The translations under genes were made by a program, and so were the position numbers. The notes beneath the pieces are model-generated. The model was given only the letters and a program-made list of their open reading frames with translations, had not been told where the DNA came from and searched no databases. Shown piece by piece: positions 16,164-26,137 of a stretch of DNA of 34,555 bases. Source of the stretch: Chlamydiota bacterium. Its GTDB lineage: Bacteria > Chlamydiota > Chlamydiia > Chlamydiales > JAAKFR01. The stretch is from contig JAAKFR010000003.1 of the NCBI GenBank assembly GCA_011064985.1, positions 1 to 34,555 on the forward strand. Reading direction: 5' to 3'. Numbering within the stretch: position 1 is the stretch's first letter; each line of letters opens with the position of its first letter.

Positions 16164-17153
16164 TCAGAAGGAATATTGGATGAGGAAGAGGGGAAAAAGT
16201 GGCTCTTTCTGGGTGATCTTTGCGGCGCAAGCAGAGTAGATCGATTCGTTGTAGGCTTTGGCTGCATAACCAGCTCCGTAGATCCCTCCGAAGTACCATC
16301 CCCCCTCAAGGCTTGCTGTGACAACCCCTGCAGCGATATTTCCGTGCGAAAAAAAATGGACGGCTGCCCCGATGAAAAGGGCGTTGATAGCAAACGCAGT
16401 GACGGCTGTATGCTTCATCCCCACATACCAATACCCTGCTCCGGGAAGGAGTGCATTGAGTTGCATCGCTTGTCCGATCGATTTTGCCTCACACTCATAT
16501 CCATAGAGGACTCTCTCAACGTAGGCGTGCTCGTCACAAGTTGTCCCCTCTTGGTGGAGCGCTTCAAAATCGGCTTGCTTGATTGCCGAAAGGAGGTTAA
16601 GACAGTGAGCCTTTGCTGGATCATTCTCTTCAATCAGGCTGAGAATGTGGGTTGCATACTCAGGCTTGTCTAGATGGCAGTAGCTATCATAGAGAATGAG
16701 AAGAAGATCTTGATAGGCAGGAAAGCCTTCAGTGACGTGGGCAAGAGCTGTCGATTCGACCTCATAGGCAACTTCAACGTATTTCTTCCCTAGAAAGTAG
16801 GCAAGAGCGATCGAATAGGTGATCTCAAGCCTTCTCTCCTGACACTCTTCAGGGAGAAGGCAGAGAGCCCTCTTAAAACCCGTAATGGCCCGGTAAAGGT
16901 CGAAGTCATCGGCAAAGATGAGGGCAATGAGATACTCCTTCCCCCAATCGGTCGCTCTCTCTTCTGGAGTTAGATTAGAGAAGGGAGAAACCGAGAATTC
17001 TTCAGGTAAATAAAGATGGGTTCTATGTTCTCTTTGGATCTCCTTAGGGTGAGAGGGCGCTTCGATACACGGCTCTATATCCCTAGGTACACGGTGACAG
17101 GAGACGCTAAAAGAAGCTAGAATCAGAAAAACTGTAAGCCGTTTCCAAAACAT
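16164..17153 (-). CDS. Conserved chlamydial lipoprotein with TPR-like helices and C-terminal membrane region
   Basis: Lipobox SVSC, YRAITGFKRAL TPR-like helix, LLPGAGYWYVG and GGWYFGGIYGA C-terminal motifs. Confidence 0.75.
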   Translation of the reverse strand: MFWKRLTVFLILASFSVSCHRVPRDIEPCIEAPSHPKEIQREHRTHLYLPEEFSVSPFSNLTPEERATDWGKEYLIALIFADDFDLYRAITGFKRALCLLPEECQERRLEITYSIALAYFLGKKYVEVAYEVESTALAHVTEGFPAYQDLLLILYDSYCHLDKPEYATHILSLIEENDPAKAHCLNLLSAIKQADFEALHQEGTTCDEHAYVERVLYGYECEAKSIGQAMQLNALLPGAGYWYVGMKHTAVTAFAINALFIGAAVHFFSHGNIAAGVVTASLEGGWYFGGIYGAGYAAKAYNESIYSACAAKITQKEPLFPLFLIQYSF

Positions 17154-17194
17154 AAGGGGCCAATTGTGGAAGAAATCGCCTTTTCCCGCGACGA

Positions 17195-17236
17195 TAAAAT
17201 TTCTTAACGCAAGTTGCTACCTGCGTTAAATTTTTA
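17195..17236. terminator. Hairpin downstream of cdsC, candidate operon terminator
   Basis: TTAACGCA...TGCGTTAA stem flanked by AAAATTT/AAATTTTT. Confidence 0.5.
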
Positions 17237-17271
17237 TGGAAACATGGAGCCCCAAAGCGATATCATCCCCA

Positions 17272-19530
17272 CTAATTGGTGGGGCAAGCAGGAGGGGGAT
17301 AGGTTTCGCGCTCGGGAGCTTGCGCCGGCCCACACTCGGTGATGGAGCAAGGGTGGCTCTCCCAGTTGTGGTCGTATCCCTCTTGGTTGGTCAAGTCGAG
17401 CCCTTCCTGGATGTTTGTGATCACCTTTGGGCGAACAAAGAGCATGAGGTTTCGCTTATCTCGCCTTTCAATTGTCTTGCTGAAAGCAGGCCCGATAAGA
17501 GGGAGAGTCCCTAAGCACGGAATTCCAGAGTGGATGTAGGTGGAAGTATCCCGGATATGTCCGCTCATGACCAAAAATGTTCCATCTGGGACATGAACAC
17601 GCGTTGAGACTAATGTTTTGTTCGTGGTGGGAGTCAAATCTCTAGAAGAGCTTGTCACCTCTGCAATCGACTGATCGATCTGGAGAGTGACGATGTTGTT
17701 GGGGGAAATGGTGGGCGTTACCCGGAGTTGGACCCCAACATCTTCGTATTGGATATTTTGCGTAACAGAACCTGTTTGCTGGATGACTGTACTCGTTGTT
17801 TGATACGGGATATTCTGCCCAACAAAGAAGTCTGCGGACTGGGTATCTTGGACCATAATCCTTGGATTGAGAACGATTTTGCTCTCCGATTCACTATCAA
17901 GGGCCGAAATCAAAGCACCAAGGGTCAAAAATGACTTCCCGTTATGTCGTATGATATTTCCGATGATCCCCAATCCAAAAGCGGCTGTATTGGTATTCGA
18001 TGCAGTAGGGAGAGGGACATCTCGCCCAGCATTAGGAATACCAGGAGGGTTAGCAGCTGGATTAGCTGCCACAAAGCGGGCCCCAGGAGAGCTGTGTGTT
18101 GATCCCTGGAGAGAAGAGTTTTCCGTTAACAAGCCCGAAGCGTAGGCAAGCTTGTCTTGCTCATCCCCAAGAGCAATCCATTCAACTCCAAAGTCGAGAG
18201 AATTCGACAAAGTCGTATCGAGTACAAGCACCTCAACGTAGACTTGCTTGGGAGCTTTATCGAGAGCTTCGATGAGCTCAACGACTTTATCGATCGAGTC
18301 TCTTGTCCCTGTGATGATAATCGAGTTATTGACTTGAACCCACTGAATCGCCCCTAAAGTGTTGATAAAATCGATATTTCCTCCACCTCCAGAACGCATA
18401 TTATTGGCGATTTGACGGATAGATTCGGCGATTTCGTCTCCTGACTGGTACCGGAGCTTGTACATGTAGATCAAGTTGTTGGCCATTTCAAATGAAGGAA
18501 GATCTGCAATATCCGTAATGTCGGGTGTATCTAGCGACTCTAAAACCTGCATCGCCTTCTGAGTAAGAAAAGGGTTTGCTACGATAAAGATCTTCTTAGA
18601 AGAAGGAGAGGATTGGATTTCGATGGGATTGTCCTGCATGAGAGGAGCTAGGATCTCTTTGGCATAAGCGGCAAGAGCTACAGGATTCGCACTTTTCACA
18701 AGATACTCGGAGATTTCTAAGGCTCCTTCTGGAGCATCTAAGGTTGTGAGAAGTCCTGCAACTTTTGTCACGTTTGCTGCAGTATCAGTAACAATAAGAT
18801 GACGCGTCTTAGGGGATACTTCCACAATCGCATTGGAAGAGAGGAGCGGCTGGATGATCGCCTTAATCCCAGATGGGTCGACATTGGTGAATCGAAAAAC
18901 CCGCGTGATGATTACTGCGTCACAAGAATCATCTACATTGTCTTCCGAAATCACATTCGATAATTTAGAGAGATTGGCAGTGTCTTTATAGATAAGAACA
19001 TTGTTTCCTTGGTCTGAAACCGAAAGATTATTCATCCGAAGAACTTGGATCAAGGTTGCCGAGAGATCTTCTACAGATGCCGGCTCCTCAGAGACGATTG
19101 TGATATTGAATTGGAGATCGTTGCTATCGTAGATGTAGTTCTTCTTCGAGATCTTGCTGATAAATTGGATCAGCTGGATGACAGCGATATCTTCGAAGTT
19201 CACCGTATATCCTTCTGTGCTCATAGGGTCACAGACAGGTTTGGCAAAGCGACCAGGTGCATCGTTTAAGAGAAATTCTTTGGGAGAGTCGTAGAGGTGA
19301 GGAGTCTCTTCTGTCTCATCAGTTGATGTAGATGCCTTTTTCGTTACGGTAGGGGCATCACTTGTAGCTGGAGGGCTCTTCTCGTCTTCTTTGCAGGAGG
19401 CGAGATACTCATCGGCCCGTGCCATGATTTTTTCTTCACTGAAGAAAGTCTCTTCCCCAATACCTAAACCATTAGTCAGGAGGATGCAAAAAAAAGAGAA
19501 TATGGTGAGAGTGCGTAAACGTATGTGCAT
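17272..19530 (-). CDS. sctC: Type III secretion secretin SctC/CdsC (CT674-like)
   Basis: Signal peptide, N domains (YTVNFEDI), QVYVEVLVLDT..DFGVEW, NPRI, YEDVGVQLRVTPTI, GIPCLGTLPLIGPAFS; last gene of the T3SS cluster. Confidence 0.92.
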   Translation of the reverse strand: MHIRLRTLTIFSFFCILLTNGLGIGEETFFSEEKIMARADEYLASCKEDEKSPPATSDAPTVTKKASTSTDETEETPHLYDSPKEFLLNDAPGRFAKPVCDPMSTEGYTVNFEDIAVIQLIQFISKISKKNYIYDSNDLQFNITIVSEEPASVEDLSATLIQVLRMNNLSVSDQGNNVLIYKDTANLSKLSNVISEDNVDDSCDAVIITRVFRFTNVDPSGIKAIIQPLLSSNAIVEVSPKTRHLIVTDTAANVTKVAGLLTTLDAPEGALEISEYLVKSANPVALAAYAKEILAPLMQDNPIEIQSSPSSKKIFIVANPFLTQKAMQVLESLDTPDITDIADLPSFEMANNLIYMYKLRYQSGDEIAESIRQIANNMRSGGGGNIDFINTLGAIQWVQVNNSIIITGTRDSIDKVVELIEALDKAPKQVYVEVLVLDTTLSNSLDFGVEWIALGDEQDKLAYASGLLTENSSLQGSTHSSPGARFVAANPAANPPGIPNAGRDVPLPTASNTNTAAFGLGIIGNIIRHNGKSFLTLGALISALDSESESKIVLNPRIMVQDTQSADFFVGQNIPYQTTSTVIQQTGSVTQNIQYEDVGVQLRVTPTISPNNIVTLQIDQSIAEVTSSSRDLTPTTNKTLVSTRVHVPDGTFLVMSGHIRDTSTYIHSGIPCLGTLPLIGPAFSKTIERRDKRNLMLFVRPKVITNIQEGLDLTNQEGYDHNWESHPCSITECGPAQAPERETYPPPACPTN

Positions 19531-19609
19531 GAAGATTCAATTCTCCTAGTTAGACCCGATATATCCTAATTGCCCTTTTTTTCCATCCCTCAAAGATTCC
19601 TCGAATTTA

Positions 19610-21166
19610 TCATTCTACTCGTTCAATGGTGATGACGGTCATAGGGCGTAGGTGCATGGTCCCTTTTTCTTGAGAAGAAATTTTGCGAAAAATCGCTTCT
19701 GCTTGTTGTTTGGGGGCTAAAAGTAGATTTTCCTGAAGGGCTTCTAAAAAGAGAGCTTCATCTGCTTCGATCTCTTCGATATGCTTGGCTGTTTCTGCTT
19801 GGAAGGTGTGCAAAATGAGATCATCTCCCACATCCCAATTTCCATCGACGTTGAGAACTTCAGCAAGAGGAGAGAGGCCCAAAGAGGGATTATCAGCTGT
19901 GATCCGTCTTGGAGCATCCGCGCCCGAGGGATAAACCCAAAGTGGAGAATAGCCACACGAAATATACGAGAACCGATCTTCATTTGGAAAAAGGGTAAGA
20001 AGGGCAAATGAAAAGGTCTGCTCCTCTTTTGACTCCCAGATCCTTTGGTTGAGTGCACGGACAAATTCAGTTGGGTCGTGAATCACGGAGGCAAGCCCCA
20101 TGACAAGCCCTTTGAGAATAGCAATTTGTAACAGCCCCTCTACCCCCGTCTGAAGAGACTCTCCCATCAAAATGTTGTAAACTCCTTCATTGTGCTGAAA
20201 GAAATCGTAGTAAACAGAGGAGATGGCAGAACTACAATTCGAGGAGAGGGTCATCTCTGCACGCCTCCACGAGGGGAGGGTTTTGGGAATCAAAATCGAT
20301 TGGGCCGCCTTGAGATTTTCAGACAACTCACCGAGATAGTCGCTACCTCTCCGGTCTTTAATCCACTCTCCAGAGCTTAAATACCCCGTTACGGCTTGGA
20401 TAAAATCGACTATGTCGAGGTATCGATTTTTTGGGTTTGGTTGGAGCGCTTTGGCAAGAATCGGCTGGAACCCTTTTGGGACATCGCTTAAACGAACTTT
20501 TCCATAGGAGAGCCTTCCTAAAATCAATTCATACGCAACGATTCCAAGTGAGTAGATGTCTGTAGAGAAACTCACTTGCAAAGGATTTTCCCTTTGTTCG
20601 GGGCTCATATAAATGGGTGTTCCCAAAAGTTCCATTTGAGGAAGAAGCGCCGCATCGGTATAGATTTGAGAAATACCAAAATCGATTACCTTGATTCCCC
20701 CTTGGGCAGTGAGGAGAATATTTTCCGGCTTGAGGTCCCGATGGATGATTCCATGAGCGTGAAGATGAACAAGGGCATGGGCAATCTGCAAAACAATCTC
20801 GAGCGCCCTTTTTAGAGATGTCGCTTCTTGGAGAATCATCTGCCTAAGAGAGAGCCCTTGGATAAACTCCATAGCCAGATAGACCCCTCCTTCCCACTTC
20901 CCGTGCCCAAAAATCTGGATAATATTGGGATGATTGGTCAACTCAATGATCTCGGCCTCTCTCATAAATTGTTCGATCATTTCAGGATGCGAAACAAATT
21001 TAGAAGAGAGGACTTTGATCGCAATGGGATCGTGCGTGTCGGGATGGAGCCCTAGATAAAGTAGGCTCATCCCTCCCTTATGGAGAAGACTTTCGATCCG
21101 ATACCCTCCGATCTCTTTTGGGAGAGAGTGATCCGAAGTCTCTGTCGAAACGGGTTTTTCTATCAT
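19610..21166 (-). CDS. pkn5: Ser/Thr protein kinase Pkn5-like with C-terminal degenerate SpoIIE/PP2C-like domain
   Basis: GGMSLLY, AIKVL, HRDLKPEN, DFG, GTPIYMSPE; lies between cdsQ and cdsC like CT673. Confidence 0.88.
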   Translation of the reverse strand: MIEKPVSTETSDHSLPKEIGGYRIESLLHKGGMSLLYLGLHPDTHDPIAIKVLSSKFVSHPEMIEQFMREAEIIELTNHPNIIQIFGHGKWEGGVYLAMEFIQGLSLRQMILQEATSLKRALEIVLQIAHALVHLHAHGIIHRDLKPENILLTAQGGIKVIDFGISQIYTDAALLPQMELLGTPIYMSPEQRENPLQVSFSTDIYSLGIVAYELILGRLSYGKVRLSDVPKGFQPILAKALQPNPKNRYLDIVDFIQAVTGYLSSGEWIKDRRGSDYLGELSENLKAAQSILIPKTLPSWRRAEMTLSSNCSSAISSVYYDFFQHNEGVYNILMGESLQTGVEGLLQIAILKGLVMGLASVIHDPTEFVRALNQRIWESKEEQTFSFALLTLFPNEDRFSYISCGYSPLWVYPSGADAPRRITADNPSLGLSPLAEVLNVDGNWDVGDDLILHTFQAETAKHIEEIEADEALFLEALQENLLLAPKQQAEAIFRKISSQEKGTMHLRPMTVITIERVE

Positions 21167-22395
21167 GAGAGCTTGTGAATGCGCACTCCTAGAGTATCCC
21201 CCAACCGAATGAGCTCACCTCTACCTACTTTTTTCCCGCCTACAACAAGATCAACCCCTTGCTCGGGAGTGATATGGAGATCGAGTACACTACCGGGAGA
21301 GAGTGCGAAAAGCTCTTTCGCACTCATTTTCACCCTTCCTGCTTCTACAGTGAGATGAATCGGAACGTCATCGACAGAAAAAAGGGGAGGAGCTTGCTCC
21401 TCAGTCTCTTCTTCTGGACTGTCTAAAAGTTCCTCTTCTGTCTCTTCGAGGTCATCATAGAGTTCTTCGTCTTCATCCTCATCCAAAGAAGTCTCTAGAG
21501 ACTCCTCCTCCTCTTCTTCTTCCTCTTCTTCTGCCATAGCTTCTCGTACCTCTTCGTAAATCGGATATTCGGTTAGTTTTACCCCCCCCTCTTTGAGTCT
21601 TCCTCTAAAAAGGGCTTTATCTCCCAACGTAAGAATACACCCTCCTTTCCCTTCAAGGGGGTCATAGGAGCAGTGGTCTAAAAGAAGGAAATCCCCTGGA
21701 CGGATCTTCCCATACTCTTCTCCACTTATGCGGGTATACCCCACTTCTAAGCAAAGTTCGACCTCAATTCTCTCTCTTTCTTCATCTGTGAGAGGAGGAG
21801 GTGGGAGATGAGAGAAATACGATTTCCAGCTTCTTCTAAAAGCCTCTGGTATCATCACTTTACCCCAAAAGGTTTTCTCACCCATCTTTAGGCCCACATC
21901 GAGGACAAAACAGGGCCCCTCTGGAGGCGAGGTAGAAGACGTTTCATGAATGCGAGGAGTGAGAGGAGAGGCAAACGGCTCCCCTTCTACAAGATGGAGA
22001 ATCTCACTTAAAAAATACTGGAAAAAGGGATCAAAGTAGTTTGGGGAAAGGAAAAAAGAGGCTCCCTCCTTCTGGTCTAAAAGAGCGTTCATCAACTCTT
22101 TTCTCTCCTTTTTTTTCGTAATGAGAAAAAGGGGAGAGGTAAGAGGAGCCCAGTCGATCGCAATCCAATTTGCATCTTCTCCTAACTCTTCTTCCCAAAC
22201 TTCTTGGCTTTGCCACCCCTTAGCATCGGATAGAAGAGCAAGGGTAGGAGCGGAAAACAACTGAGCGAGTCCCTCTTCCAATTTTCTCCATGGGAAGGGG
22301 GCAGGAAGGCCAAACTGAGGCCTCTCATCTAACTCCCGAATCGTCTCATCGATCTTTTCAATCCAATCTAAGGGGGGTGCCATTTCCATACTCAT
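21163..22395 (-). CDS. sctQ: T3SS cytoplasmic ring protein SctQ/CdsQ
   Basis: Two SpoA domains; C-terminal DVPIHLTVEAGR...GRGELIRLGDTLGVRI. Confidence 0.93.
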   Translation of the reverse strand: MSMEMAPPLDWIEKIDETIRELDERPQFGLPAPFPWRKLEEGLAQLFSAPTLALLSDAKGWQSQEVWEEELGEDANWIAIDWAPLTSPLFLITKKKERKELMNALLDQKEGASFFLSPNYFDPFFQYFLSEILHLVEGEPFASPLTPRIHETSSTSPPEGPCFVLDVGLKMGEKTFWGKVMIPEAFRRSWKSYFSHLPPPPLTDEERERIEVELCLEVGYTRISGEEYGKIRPGDFLLLDHCSYDPLEGKGGCILTLGDKALFRGRLKEGGVKLTEYPIYEEVREAMAEEEEEEEEEESLETSLDEDEDEELYDDLEETEEELLDSPEEETEEQAPPLFSVDDVPIHLTVEAGRVKMSAKELFALSPGSVLDLHITPEQGVDLVVGGKKVGRGELIRLGDTLGVRIHKLS

Positions 22396-22417
22396 ACTCT
22401 CTAAAACGTTCTACCGG

Positions 22418-23149
22418 TTAGGGCTTGTCGCCTCCTCCACCTTTTTCCTCTCCTCCCCCTTCTTCTTTCTCCCTTTGTTGCCTTGTCTCTGCACCGCTCG
22501 GTTGTATCGTCTGGAAGGGAGGAGGGAGAGGTTCTACTTTGGGAAGGTTGACGGTGTATTTTCCAATGGAGAGCTCGGCGATTTGGATATTCTTAGCTTG
22601 CAATGCCCGCACCATATCGGTTAGCTGCTCTTTGTTTTTCTCAATGAGAAGCATGGCATTTTGCTCTTGCTGAGGGGTCATGAAGTTGTCAAAATGGATT
22701 GTCAGACCATTTTCAGTAAATTGCAAACTGAGGTTACTACCAGAAAAAGCCTCGGGCACATCTCCTCCCTTTTCCAGAGTGAGGCTTGCCATATCTCTTC
22801 CACCCACCTGGCCGATTTGCATGGTCGTAACCATCTTTTGGATCAACTTGACTACTTGCTGCACCTGGGTTTGGGCAGCAATCCCTTCGAGTTTTCCAGC
22901 CTCTTTTACTTCTGCACCTTGCTTTGCTTGGGTGCCAACTTCGAGTTGTTTCTGGTCCTCTGCGGAAAGGTCAAAGAGGTTCTGTTTTTTCTTCTTTTCA
23001 TCTACCTCTTGCTCATCTTTTTTCCTCTGGGAAAGACGGAACTCTTTTTGCTGTCCTCCATTCGCGCTTTCGGGTTCTTTTTTGTCACCTTTGCTTGGGG
23101 CAGTAGGAGAACTTGAGGTTTGCTTGGAGGGGGGGATACCACTGCTCAT
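22418..23149 (-). CDS. CT671-like T3SS protein (putative ruler CdsP/SctP)
   Basis: Position between cdsO and cdsQ; low-complexity N-terminus; VPEAFSGSNL...LTIHF domain. Confidence 0.75.
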   Translation of the reverse strand: MSSGIPPSKQTSSSPTAPSKGDKKEPESANGGQQKEFRLSQRKKDEQEVDEKKKKQNLFDLSAEDQKQLEVGTQAKQGAEVKEAGKLEGIAAQTQVQQVVKLIQKMVTTMQIGQVGGRDMASLTLEKGGDVPEAFSGSNLSLQFTENGLTIHFDNFMTPQQEQNAMLLIEKNKEQLTDMVRALQAKNIQIAELSIGKYTVNLPKVEPLPPPFQTIQPSGAETRQQREKEEGGGEEKGGGGDKP

Positions 23150-23652
23150 GATCGACTCCTTTTTCTTTTTCTTTTTGATTCATACAATACTTGTCCAATC
23201 TCGTCTTGCTCTTTAGCTTCCTCTTTGGCTAATTCTTTTTTCATTTCTTTCACCCAGTCTTCTTTGTGGAAATGGATTTTCTCTTCTTCTATCCGCTTTT
23301 TCTTGAGGTTTTGCTTAGCCTCTTCAAGATTTCTCTCTGCTATTTTGACCTGCTCTTTTTGGGCTTTTACTTTCTCTTCTTCTTTTGCAAGTTTCTGCTT
23401 AACCACTTTGAGATACGCTTTCATCTGCAAGACTTCATCACTTGTCGTCCCCTCATCCATCGCCTTTCTCAGCTGAGCCAATTTGTCACTGTGATGCTGA
23501 AAAACAAGATCCCGCTCCTCCTGGACTTTTTTTAGCTTTTCTTCCTCAATTTCAAGGGCCCGCTTTTTCTCCTCAACAACTTTTTCGGCTTTCTTTACTC
23601 GGTCCTGTTTCACCTTCAGGACCTGCTCGAGAGGATAAATTGGCTTTTTCAT
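23146..23652 (-). CDS. sctO: T3SS stalk protein SctO/CdsO (CT670-like)
   Basis: 168-aa charged coiled coil starting MKKPIYPLEQVL; directly downstream of the ATPase. Start reassigned to 23652. Confidence 0.88.
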   Translation of the reverse strand: MKKPIYPLEQVLKVKQDRVKKAEKVVEEKKRALEIEEEKLKKVQEERDLVFQHHSDKLAQLRKAMDEGTTSDEVLQMKAYLKVVKQKLAKEEEKVKAQKEQVKIAERNLEEAKQNLKKKRIEEEKIHFHKEDWVKEMKKELAKEEAKEQDEIGQVLYESKRKRKRSRS

Positions 23653-23662
23653 CTCGTTAAAC

Positions 23663-24985
23663 CTACTTAAACAAAGAACGGAGCTGTTGCAAGGTCTCTT
23701 CAAAAGTCGACGTATCATCGATCGTCTGCTGCAAAAAACGATTGAGCTTATCGATATGGTCGATTGCATAATCGGCATCCCGATCGGAACCGCGCTTGTA
23801 CTCCCCAATCCGGATGAGCATCTCGTTTTTCCTGTAATTGGCTAAAACCTGGCGAGCCTTACTGACCATTTTCAACTGTTCCTCACCAGCTACTTCGGTG
23901 AGAAGACGACTAATCGAGGCTAAAACATCGATCGCAGGGTAGTGGTAGGCTTGAGCGAGTAGATTGGAGAGAACAATATGTCCATCGAGAATCGATTTGG
24001 TCTCATCAGCAACAGGTTCATTCATGTCATCTCCGGCTACCAAAATCGTATAGAAAGCAGTGATCGATCCCTTATCAGAATTCCCAGACCGCTCCAGCAG
24101 GCGGGGAAGGGTAGAAAAGACAGAGGGGGTATATCCAGCTCTAGCAGGAGGCTCTCCAGCTGCAAGACCAACTTCCCGAAGAGCTCTAGCAAAACGGGTG
24201 ACCGAATCCATCATCAGGATCACTGTCTTCCCTTGGTCTCGGTAATACTCGGCAATTGCCGTCCCAACATAGGCGGCATTGAGTCTCAGCTGCGAGGCTT
24301 GATCAGATGTAGAAACAACGATTACCGACCTTGCGAGCCCCTCTTCTCCAAGGTCCTTTTCGATAAACTCACGAACTTCTCGCCCCCTTTCTCCAATGAG
24401 GGCAATTACATTGATGTCTGCTGCCGCATTGCGGGCGATCATTCCCAAGAGAGTCGATTTCCCTACCCCCGCCCCAGCAAAAATCCCTACCCTTTGCCCT
24501 CTTCCGCAAGTGAGAAGGCCATCAATGCAACGGACACCGGTAGAAATCGGCTCTGAGATCCTTTCACGAGTCAAAGGATCGGGAGGCTTTTGGAAGATCG
24601 GATACGATCCTGTAGTTTCTAGGGGACCTTTTGTTGCGGTATCGAGAGGCTCACCTAGACCATTTAAGACCCTTCCAAGAAGGGCAGGACCAACCTTGAT
24701 ATGGAGAGGGAGGTGAGTCGGAATCACTTCTGATGAAGGACCCACCCCAGTCATCTCTCCAAGCGGAGAGAGAAAAACCTCATTTTGGGTAAAACCGACA
24801 ACCTCCGTCAAAAGAGGAGGCATATTTTCCCGCTTGACCAGGCAAACTTCTCCAATCCGTACCTGAGGAACAACCGCCTTGATCAACATCCCCACAACCT
24901 CGGTGATGCGACCCATCACGGTTGTGAGTTCCACCTCCTCAAGACGGGAGAGTAGTTGTTCGTAGTCGGGCACTGGCTCGTCCAT
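23663..24985 (-). CDS. sctN: T3SS ATPase SctN/CdsN
   Basis: GAGVGKST Walker A, IGERGREV, LMMDSVTRFARA, GEPPARAGYTPS, YPAIDVLASISR. ATG at 24985 with GAGGAG SD. Confidence 0.97.
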   Translation of the reverse strand: MDEPVPDYEQLLSRLEEVELTTVMGRITEVVGMLIKAVVPQVRIGEVCLVKRENMPPLLTEVVGFTQNEVFLSPLGEMTGVGPSSEVIPTHLPLHIKVGPALLGRVLNGLGEPLDTATKGPLETTGSYPIFQKPPDPLTRERISEPISTGVRCIDGLLTCGRGQRVGIFAGAGVGKSTLLGMIARNAAADINVIALIGERGREVREFIEKDLGEEGLARSVIVVSTSDQASQLRLNAAYVGTAIAEYYRDQGKTVILMMDSVTRFARALREVGLAAGEPPARAGYTPSVFSTLPRLLERSGNSDKGSITAFYTILVAGDDMNEPVADETKSILDGHIVLSNLLAQAYHYPAIDVLASISRLLTEVAGEEQLKMVSKARQVLANYRKNEMLIRIGEYKRGSDRDADYAIDHIDKLNRFLQQTIDDTSTFEETLQQLRSLFK

Positions 24986-24995
24986 TTTCTCCTCT

Positions 24996-25649
24996 CTACC
25001 CAAGCTGGGTGCTCATCAAGGTTTTGATTCCAGAAACAGAAGATCCAACGATACTAGCAAAAAGCTCTCCTCTTTGCGTTGCCCGCTGCACAGCATACTG
25101 CAGCTTCAGATACTGGCCTAGCTCAGGTTTCTTCGTATTCGAAAGGTAATTGAGAGCATTGCCCATCGTTTGTTGACTCGCATCAATCCACTTAGTGACA
25201 AAGTTGACGACACCCTCTCCTTTGTTTTGGGTAGCGGGGGTGAATTCTCCCTTGCTATTTTGTGCAATCGTCTTCATGTCGGGATTCATCTTCCCTACAA
25301 GCTTAGAAAGAGCCTGCTGATGGTCATCGGTCAGCTTCCCCTTCACATCAGGATTCTTGAGGTCTGTTTGGGCTTGCGTAAACTGACTTTGGAGCTTCTG
25401 CATATTCGCAGAAAGCTGCTCTGGAGTCATTTGCGCTTGCGCTTGCGCACTCTCTTTTGCAACCTCAATGGGAGAAGGTTGGCCGGTAGAGATCGTTTGG
25501 GCCGCCTCTTTACCCGCCTCAGGGCCTAGGGAGAAAGGCTTTGGCTCTTGGCCCTCTTCACCTGCCCCTAAACGAGGTTTATCTCTTCCATATTCGGGCG
25601 TACCAGGTGTGGGAGTTACCCCTGGATTGTTAATCGGTTCGCTTGGCAT
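24996..25649 (-). CDS. CT668-like T3SS-associated protein
   Basis: Position between cdsG and cdsN; Pro-rich N-terminus; SctI-like C-terminus LQYAVQRATQRGELFASIVGSSVSGIKTLMSTQL. Confidence 0.75.
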   Translation of the reverse strand: MPSEPINNPGVTPTPGTPEYGRDKPRLGAGEEGQEPKPFSLGPEAGKEAAQTISTGQPSPIEVAKESAQAQAQMTPEQLSANMQKLQSQFTQAQTDLKNPDVKGKLTDDHQQALSKLVGKMNPDMKTIAQNSKGEFTPATQNKGEGVVNFVTKWIDASQQTMGNALNYLSNTKKPELGQYLKLQYAVQRATQRGELFASIVGSSVSGIKTLMSTQLG

Positions 25650-25663
25650 CTGTAAATTCTCCT

Positions 25664-26119
25664 TTAGCCCATGGGCCCTTTATCGCCTTCGACTGTGTCT
25701 TGCAATTCCTGCTCCCAATCGAGAAGAGACTGCGCTAACTGACGGGTAGCAGGAGCATCGCTCTTCTCAATCACCTCTTTAGCAAGCTCTGCTCCCTTCT
25801 TTAGAGCAGCGTGCTTCTCCTTATGTTCACCCTCTTGCAAAACCGACAAGATATAGGTAAAAGCAAGAAAAGCTTGTGCTCTCCAATTGGCCTGCTCGAC
25901 CTCCAAGACATCTTCAAAATAGTTCTTCGCGCTTCCTAGCTCCATTTTGTGCAAAGCAATCAATCCAAAACCCATTTTCTTGGACATGTTTTGTGGATCT
26001 ATAATTCCCACCGCATTGAATAGCTTTCTCGCGCTATCCTCATCCCCTTGTTTAATCGCGATGAGTCCCGACTCGACAAGAAGAGGAAGATCTTCTTTGA
26101 ATTCTTGCAACGTTGCCAT
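25664..26119 (-). CDS. cdsG: Needle chaperone CdsG/SctG (CT667-like, TPR)
   Basis: LLVESGLIAIKQGDEDSARKLF; follows the needle gene. Confidence 0.85.
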   Translation of the reverse strand: MATLQEFKEDLPLLVESGLIAIKQGDEDSARKLFNAVGIIDPQNMSKKMGFGLIALHKMELGSAKNYFEDVLEVEQANWRAQAFLAFTYILSVLQEGEHKEKHAALKKGAELAKEVIEKSDAPATRQLAQSLLDWEQELQDTVEGDKGPMG

Positions 26120-26137
26120 ACTCTAACTCCCTTTCCC

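Noticed and set aside
17272-19530. Type II secretion GspD
   Set aside because: The secretin is GspD-like in sequence, but it occupies the CT674/cdsC position and no gsp genes are adjacent.
23653-23808. Long N-terminal extension of cdsO
   Set aside because: Overlaps the ATPase gene; the 168-aa form fits CT670.
21163-24985. Flagellar fliN/fliI or F1-ATPase assignment
   Set aside because: Context with cdsD/E/F/G and a secretin identifies the non-flagellar chlamydial T3SS, which is known rather than novel.
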